Positions 18,452 to 25,500 of a DNA stretch of 64,000 nt are shown piece after piece (the stretch's first letter is position 1; the number at the start of each line of letters is the position of its first letter). The notes beneath the pieces were generated by a model. It searched no databases, had not been told where the DNA came from, and saw only the letters and a list, made by a program, of their open reading frames with translations. The position numbers and the translations under genes are program-made. The stretch spans positions 73,481 to 137,480 of the forward strand of contig JAFEIJ010000015.1 in assembly GCA_017495115.1 (NCBI GenBank), in the 5' to 3' direction. The stretch is from Chitinophagaceae bacterium. GTDB lineage: Bacteria > Bacteroidota > Bacteroidia > Chitinophagales > JADJOU01.

Positions 18452-20069
18452 AGCAAATCAAAATGAAGATGCTATGAAGCTTAAAATTTCAAAACTAAAT
18501 AGTTTGAGAAAAGTTCAGCATTTAGGAGGTGGAATAAAAAGTATTGAAAAACTTCATAGTCAAGGAAAATTAACGGCAAGAGAACGTATTGATTTATTAT
18601 TAGATAAAAATACCGATTCCATCGAAATTGGAGAATTTACTGGATACGAAATGTATAAAGAACATGGAGGATGCACGGCTGGAGGTGTTGTAGTTGTTAT
18701 GGGTTATGTATCCGGAAAAATGGTAATTGTAGTTGCAAACGATGCTACTGTAAAAGCGGGAGCCTGGTTTCCGATTACGGGTAAGAAGAATCTAAGAGCT
18801 CAAGAAATTGCTATGGAAAATAAAATTCCAATTATTTACTTAGTAGATAGTGCCGGCGTTTATTTACCGATGCAAGATGAAATATTTCCTGACAAAGAAC
18901 ATTTTGGTCGTATTTTTAGAAATAATGCTAAAATGAGTGCCATGGGCATTACACAAATAGCCGCAATTATGGGAAGTTGTGTAGCAGGCGGTGCCTATTT
19001 GCCGATAATGAGCGACGAATCTTTAATCGTAAATAAAACAGGCAATATCTTTTTGGCAGGTTCTTTTTTAGTTAAAGCTGCTATAGGCGAAGATATTGAC
19101 AATGAAACACTCGGAGGAGCCACAACACATTGCGAGATTAGCGGTGTAACCGATTATAAAATGGAAAACGACGAAGCATGCTTGATGCAAATTCGTCGGA
19201 TTATGGATAAAATTGGAGGTATAAAAAATGCGGGTTTTAATCGTATTGAGCCGCAATTACCAAAAGTTGATCCCGAAAACATTTACCATCATATTAGTGA
19301 AGATAATTCAAAACAATATGATACCCGCGAGCTAATTGCTAGTTTTGTCGATCAAAGTGAGTTTGAAGAATATAAAGCACTTTATGGTCAAAGTATTGTT
19401 TGTGGTTATGCGCGAGTTAATGGATGGAGTGTTGGAATCGTGGCCAATCAAAGAAAAGTGGTAAAATCCAAAAAAGGCGAAATGCAGTTTGGAGGTGTTA
19501 TATACAGCGATAGCGCCGATAAAGCCGCACGTTTTGTAATGAATTGTAATCAGAAAAAAATCCCTCTTGTATTTTTGCAAGATGTGACTGGTTTTATGGT
19601 TGGAAGCCGAAGTGAACACGGCGGAATCATTAAAGATGGCGCCAAATTGGTGAATGCCATGAGCAACAGCATCGTTCCTAAATTTACAATAGTGGTAGGC
19701 AACTCTTATGGTGCTGGAAATTATGCGATGTGTGGAAAAGCTTATGACCCAAGATTTATGATCGCATGGCCCTCTGCAAAAATTGCCGTAATGGGAGGCG
19801 CTCAAGCAGCTAATACCATTTTACAAATTCAAGTAAGTGCGCTTCAAAAGAAAGGAGAAACCATAACGGACGAACGAAAAAAAGAAATCCTTGACGAAAT
19901 TACGAAAAAATATGAAGAAACAACGACTCCATATTATGCCGCTTCAAGACTTTGGGTTGATGCGATTATAGATCCAATAGATACTCGCAAATGGATTTCA
20001 ATGGGAATTGAAGCAGCTAACCATAATCCAATAACCGAAGATTATAAATTAGGCGTTATTCAATCTTAA
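18441..20069 (+). CDS. acyl-CoA carboxylase carboxyltransferase (beta) subunit, methylcrotonyl-/propionyl-CoA carboxylase type
   Basis: The 542-aa protein has two crotonase-like halves (GGCTAGGVVVVMGYVSGK...ANDATVKAGAW and VGIVANQ...GVIYSDSADKAARF). Confidence 0.85.
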   Translation: MNLEANQNEDAMKLKISKLNSLRKVQHLGGGIKSIEKLHSQGKLTARERIDLLLDKNTDSIEIGEFTGYEMYKEHGGCTAGGVVVVMGYVSGKMVIVVANDATVKAGAWFPITGKKNLRAQEIAMENKIPIIYLVDSAGVYLPMQDEIFPDKEHFGRIFRNNAKMSAMGITQIAAIMGSCVAGGAYLPIMSDESLIVNKTGNIFLAGSFLVKAAIGEDIDNETLGGATTHCEISGVTDYKMENDEACLMQIRRIMDKIGGIKNAGFNRIEPQLPKVDPENIYHHISEDNSKQYDTRELIASFVDQSEFEEYKALYGQSIVCGYARVNGWSVGIVANQRKVVKSKKGEMQFGGVIYSDSADKAARFVMNCNQKKIPLVFLQDVTGFMVGSRSEHGGIIKDGAKLVNAMSNSIVPKFTIVVGNSYGAGNYAMCGKAYDPRFMIAWPSAKIAVMGGAQAANTILQIQVSALQKKGETITDERKKEILDEITKKYEETTTPYYAASRLWVDAIIDPIDTRKWISMGIEAANHNPITEDYKLGVIQS

Positions 20070-20080
20070 ATTAAGAATTA

Positions 20081-20875
20081 ATGCGTTGCATTACATATTC
20101 TTCAGACATTCCATCAAATCAAGAAATCCCTGCGTGGTTTCAATCTCAAATCAAAAGCGATTTAAGTGAATATACCTTATTTAAATCGGAGTATAAAAGA
20201 AATGAAACGATTGATTATGAGGAAATTTGCTATTATTTAATGCAAACGCTTTTAAATTTTCCAGAGCAATCCATACATCTATTCTTTTCAAACTATTTTA
20301 TGCGAGATGGGAATATTATAATTTTAGAAATTAATAATCAACTGCTATTTTTACCCGATAATGGAATGGTTTCCCATTTTGAAAATTTACAACTTCCATA
20401 TCAAGTTTATTTAGTTAATGCCGATAAAATTACGTTGAAAGCTCCAATAAAAGAGCTTTATAAAAGGTATGAAATGATTATTAAAACCCTCGAAAATCAA
20501 AAACTGAGTCAAATTGGGCTTCCTTACGAAAACTTCAAACGATTTATTCCATTTTCGAATGATTTTTTCCCAAGTCAAGATCAAATTTTATTTCGAACGA
20601 TATTTACAACGTCTTCTGGACATTTAATCACCAATTTTTCAAAAGCCAATTTTGATTTTTATGTAAAAAATCGTTCCTTTTTTATAACCATTGTGGATCC
20701 CAAATTTCGAATTGAACAAATTTCAAGTTACATCGATGAAATCTACTCTAAAAATGAATTATGTGCATTTTTTAATGAAATGGGATTTTTAGAAATATTT
20801 ATGGTGGATGAAAATATGGTTAAAATATTAAGTATCCAAAAAAACACAAAAGTTAGATTAGAATTTAATGATTAG
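20081..20875 (+). CDS. hypothetical protein, possibly a divergent SAM hydroxide adenosyltransferase (DUF62)-like fold
   Basis: There are only weak motif resemblances (LFLPDNGMVSHF; SGHLITNF; GFLEIFMV). The N-terminal D-F-G-type motif is not recognisable. Confidence 0.25.
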   Translation: MRCITYSSDIPSNQEIPAWFQSQIKSDLSEYTLFKSEYKRNETIDYEEICYYLMQTLLNFPEQSIHLFFSNYFMRDGNIIILEINNQLLFLPDNGMVSHFENLQLPYQVYLVNADKITLKAPIKELYKRYEMIIKTLENQKLSQIGLPYENFKRFIPFSNDFFPSQDQILFRTIFTTSSGHLITNFSKANFDFYVKNRSFFITIVDPKFRIEQISSYIDEIYSKNELCAFFNEMGFLEIFMVDENMVKILSIQKNTKVRLEFND

Positions 20876-21149
20876 AATTGTAAAATTGTATATAAAAAAA
20901 GAATACTGTGAGGTTTTCAAAAGCTTTTTTGAAAACAATAAGCATAAGATATTGTCTCAAGAAGGTTGCCAGCATGTCGAACTTTTAAATTCGATTGACA
21001 ATTCCCAAATATTTTTTACCTACAGTCACTGGGAGCATCCTGATTATCTTGAGAAATACCGTCAAAGCGAATTCTTTAATAATGTTTGGAGTCAAGTAAA
21101 ACCTTGGTTCGAACAAAAAGCAGAAGCGTGGAGCGTAGAGAAATTATAA
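20868..21149 (+). CDS. small ABM (antibiotic-biosynthesis-monooxygenase)-fold protein
   Basis: The 93-aa protein shows the ferredoxin-like pattern VKLYIKKEY...F...GC..VELL......IFFTYSHWE....LEKYR.S..F. Confidence 0.45.
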   Translation: MIRIVKLYIKKEYCEVFKSFFENNKHKILSQEGCQHVELLNSIDNSQIFFTYSHWEHPDYLEKYRQSEFFNNVWSQVKPWFEQKAEAWSVEKL

Positions 21150-21167
21150 TTTAACTTGTAATTTAAG

Positions 21168-22388
21168 CTAAAAATCTTTTTTAAACCATTTTAAGGCTTC
21201 AAAAATGGCGACTACAGCCACCGTTTCTTTATTTTTATTTCTTCCATAAAATAAATCTACTTTTCGGCTAACTACTTTGCCTTGGATAGCAATTGCTATA
21301 AACGCAAAAGGTTTTTGGTCTTTTGTAGCCTCCAAAATGCCAGTTGAAGCAATTGCAATATGACTTTTTGATTTTTCTAAACAAGCAATAGCCATCGCTT
21401 CGGCGCATTCGGCACTGTAAACGGTATGCGCATCAATGATTTCTTTAGCAACGCCAAGTTTATCCATTTTTGAAGCTTCGGAATAAACCACATAACTTTC
21501 GGATAAAATCCTAGAAGCACCCGAAATATTCGTCATTTCATTTACCAAAAATCCACCCGTACAGCTTTCTGCAAATGAAACCAACCATTTTCTATGGTCT
21601 AAAAAATTAAAAAAATGTTCAAAAATAGTATTTGTAGATTCACCATAAACGGCATCTCCAAGTTCTTGAATCATTTGATTTTTAAAGCTAAGCATATCAT
21701 TTTCATATTCTTGAGTAGTACTTAGCCTCAAATTTACTCGATAAGGGTTAGGTAAATAGGAAAGCTTAATATAATCAGGCAAAGCCTCTTCGATAAATTC
21801 AATATTTTTAGCTAAAAAACTCTCTCCAATCCCAGCCGTTTGAATATAACTATATATTAATGCAGGCGTTTTGGATCGTTTTTTTAAACGTGGAATAACT
21901 TCGTATTCCATCAAATATTCCATTTCGAAAGGAACACCAGGCAATGAAATTAAAATAGCTCCTTGATGTTCAATCCACATGCCAGGTGCTGTTCCTGCTT
22001 TATTAAATAACACCTCACAATTTGAAGGAACGTCTGCCTGATAATGATTTACATCTAAAAAAGGACGATTTCGTTTTTCAAAAAAAGCTTTTACATGTTC
22101 AAATGTTTTGTCATGACGAATTAAAGGTACATTAAAAAAATCTGCGATTGTTTTTTTAGTTATATCATCTTTAGTAGGCCCTAATCCTCCTGTAAAAATA
22201 ATGACGTTATGATTTTGCATACCATAAGCAATCGCATCCAAAATGGCCTTACGGTCATCTGCAATGGATCTTCGTTCCATAATTTTTATTCCAATAGGGT
22301 TTAATTTTTGAGCAATAAAAGCAGAGTTGGTATCTATTGTCTGCCCCATAAGCAACTCATCTCCAATAGTATAAATAATACAATTCAT
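21168..22388 (-). CDS. cinA: CinA-family protein (MoCF-binding domain plus nicotinamide-nucleotide amidase domain)
   Basis: MNCIIYTIGDELLMGQTIDTNS...FTGGLGPTKDDITK...ESCTGG. I placed the start at the internal ATG (22388), which gives the canonical N-terminus. The ORF track begins 7 codons earlier. Confidence 0.85.
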   Translation of the reverse strand: MNCIIYTIGDELLMGQTIDTNSAFIAQKLNPIGIKIMERRSIADDRKAILDAIAYGMQNHNVIIFTGGLGPTKDDITKKTIADFFNVPLIRHDKTFEHVKAFFEKRNRPFLDVNHYQADVPSNCEVLFNKAGTAPGMWIEHQGAILISLPGVPFEMEYLMEYEVIPRLKKRSKTPALIYSYIQTAGIGESFLAKNIEFIEEALPDYIKLSYLPNPYRVNLRLSTTQEYENDMLSFKNQMIQELGDAVYGESTNTIFEHFFNFLDHRKWLVSFAESCTGGFLVNEMTNISGASRILSESYVVYSEASKMDKLGVAKEIIDAHTVYSAECAEAMAIACLEKSKSHIAIASTGILEATKDQKPFAFIAIAIQGKVVSRKVDLFYGRNKNKETVAVVAIFEALKWFKKDF

Positions 22389-22499
22389 TTCTAATTTATT
22401 AATGTTCAAAATTACATATTTCTTTTTTAAAAATTAGAGGGATTTAATAAAAATTACGGATTAATTAGTTAAAATCAGCACACTTTATCTTTTTTCAAT

Positions 22500-22507
22500 T
22501 ATATTTG
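22500..22507 (+). promoter_or_regulatory. candidate -7 box (TAnnTTTG)
   Basis: TATATTTG lies 29 nt upstream of the ATG at 22537. Confidence 0.4.
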
Positions 22508-22536
22508 CTTTGAAAATTTCAAACAAAACATAAACT

Positions 22537-25500
22537 ATGAAGCATAAATTATTATTTTTAATTTTATTTTTCACAAATTGTATTTATTCTCAATTCGATA
22601 ATTTGAAAAATAATTCGAATGAACTTGAAGCAAAATATATTAAAAATCAGCTTTTTGTTAAAATTAAAGACGAAATTGATTTTAACCCAATAAACTCGAT
22701 CGAGCCCCGCGAATTTTCAAATAAAATAAAAATAACCAAGGCCTTTAAACTGATCGAATTACAAAAAATATATTTAGTTGAAGTGCTCGATTCATCAATT
22801 ACTACAGATTCGGTTATTCGATTTTTCACAAAAAATGAAGCTGTAGAATATGTAGAACGCGTTCCGCTATACGAGTTATTTTGGACGCCCAATGACCCTA
22901 TGTATTTGCAACAGTGGAATTTACAAAAAATTCAAGCCGATTTAGCGTGGAACATATCGCAAGGTAAACAGCAAATTCGAGTTGCAATTACGGATGATGG
23001 TTTTTTAATGAATCATGAAGATTTGACCAGCAAGTGGTTTATTAATAGTGCCGAAAATCCGACAAACGGAATTGATGATGATAATAACGGATATATTGAT
23101 GATTGGAGAGGTTGGGATGCGGCAGATAATGACAATAATCCAGCGGCGTTTAATCCAAGTAATAATTATTTTGACCATGGCACCCATGTAGCCGGAATTA
23201 CAACCGTTGCAACAAATAATGCAAAAGGTATCGCTGGAATTGGTGGAAACATCCTTTTGATTCCTGTGAAAATTGGGGCTAATTCAAATGCTTCATTTAC
23301 AGGAGCGTATCAAGGTGTGGAATATGCTATTATTGCCAATGCCAATGTCATCAATATGAGCTGGGGCGGAGGTGCCTTTTCTCAGACATATCAGAATTTA
23401 TTTAATGTAGCAAAGTCAAAAAATATTGTTTGTGTAGCGGCTGCAGGTAATAGCTCAACAAGTTCCTGGATGTATCCAGCCTCTTATCAAAATGTAATTA
23501 GTGTAGCGTCTACAACCAATACGGATGCTTTATCATGGTTTAGTAATTTTGGTAGTGCAATTGATGTTTGCGCGCCAGGTTCCGACATATTAAGTTGCCA
23601 CGCAACAGGCATTACTAATTATACCAATATGTCTGGTACGTCTATGGCAGCGCCATTGGTCTCTGGTCTTTGTGGATTAATGTTGAGTCATAACTTGATG
23701 CCCGCAGATTCTATAGAAGCATGTCTTAAACGAACAAGCAACAACATAAATGCGAATAATCCTAACCGAATTGGGCAAATCGGAGCTGGCCGAATTAATG
23801 CATTTCAGGCATTGCAATGCGTTACTAAAAATCCAATTTCTAGTTTTGATATTCTAGATACGTTTCAATGTTCTGGTCAATTGGTTCGATATCAAGCTAC
23901 AAGCAATGGCGCACAACCCCTAACCTATCAATGGATTTTCCCTGGAGGCTCTCCGAGCACTTCTACATTTGCAAATCCTGGGGTAATATACAGTTCAGCT
24001 GGTCTCAAGTCGGCGACTTTAATTACATGTAATACCCTTGGTTGTGATACCATAACAAAAACAAATATCGTTCGAATTGATACGCCATCGGCTTGGCTTA
24101 CGGGTAGAAAATACACGACTTATAATTCAAATCCTGCAGTAATTGCAGTCAATTTTAAAGGAAATCCACCATATAACGTAACACTTACCGACGGAACAAA
24201 CACTTGGACTGAAAATAATATCACAGCAAACCCCTATTTTTTCTCTATTGTGCCTCAACTAAACACAAGTCTCATTTCTATACAAAGTTTTTCTGCTAAA
24301 AATTGTATAGGAAAGGTTTCAAAACAAGATACTATTGAGAAAAATGATTTGAATGCGGTAACGATGCGGGATACTTGTATTTTTTTAAATAATTTTCCAA
24401 TGGTAGTTGAAGATGCCGGAATTTCGTCATTTACTCCTAACACAAACTACGCTTTACATCCAGAATATGGAGCCCTTTCTTGGACTTGTGGAGGTAGTCC
24501 TTGTCAAGGTAGATCTTTAATGAAATTCAATTTAAATGAAATCCCTCAAAATGCTATTATTAATGATGCCACCTTATACTTAACAGCGGAAAACCCTTCA
24601 AATGGTTATTCCAATCAACCCACTTTTGGCACCAATAATGCGTCTGCTATAAAAAGAATAACTCAATCTTGGTCAGAAAATACCGTAACGTGGAATAATC
24701 AACCTACAACAACTACATTAAATCAAGTCACGCTTCCACAAAGTTCTTCATCAAAACAAAATTATGTGGTTAATATGACCCAATTAATAAATGACAGTAG
24801 AGCCAATCCAAATAACAGTCATGGCTTCATGCTACAACATCTAGCCGAACCAACTTGGTATAATTGTATGTTATTTGCTAGTACTGATTTTGTGGATATA
24901 AGCAAAAGACCAAAATTAAAAATTTGTTATTCGTATCCTATTCAAAACAATAATGATAACAATTGCGACACCACCAATTTAAATGTTGGCAGGGTTTTAC
25001 ATTTGGATTTTAATGGTAATACGCAAGATAAAAGTGGCAATAATAATCACGCCACCAATTTTGGAGCCACTCCAGTAGCAGGTAAAAATGGTGTTGCAAA
25101 TACCGCATATCGTTTTGACGGTATTAATGATTATATGAAAGTTAATCATCATACGAGCTTAAATATGACGAATATTACTTTAACTGCTGTTCTTAAACCC
25201 AATGGATTTTATAATGGAACTTGCTATGGTAATCAAATTATAAAAAAAGGCAATACTGATTTTGTATCTGGTGAATATGGTCTTGTATATAGTCCAAATG
25301 GTTACACAAACTCATGTTTTGTATTCGACACCATACATCAAAATTATGCAGGCTATGTATTTAATAATAGACCAAGTCCAAATTTAAACAATACGAGTCC
25401 TTATGTAATTAAAGGGCAATGGGATTGTTTAGTTTATACAAAAAACAATGACTCCACTAAATTTTATATAAATGGTGTACTAAAATATGCAACCGCCTCA

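Noticed and set aside
19332-19805. 157-aa antisense ORF, plus similar nested ORFs elsewhere (4259-4456, 5225-5458, 5765-6076, 8335-8526, 15681-15878, 17302-17496, 47918-48277, 50095-50397, 57995-58189, 62093-62293 and others)
   Set aside because: Each is embedded in or antisense to a long ORF with strong family motifs. These are typical spurious frames.
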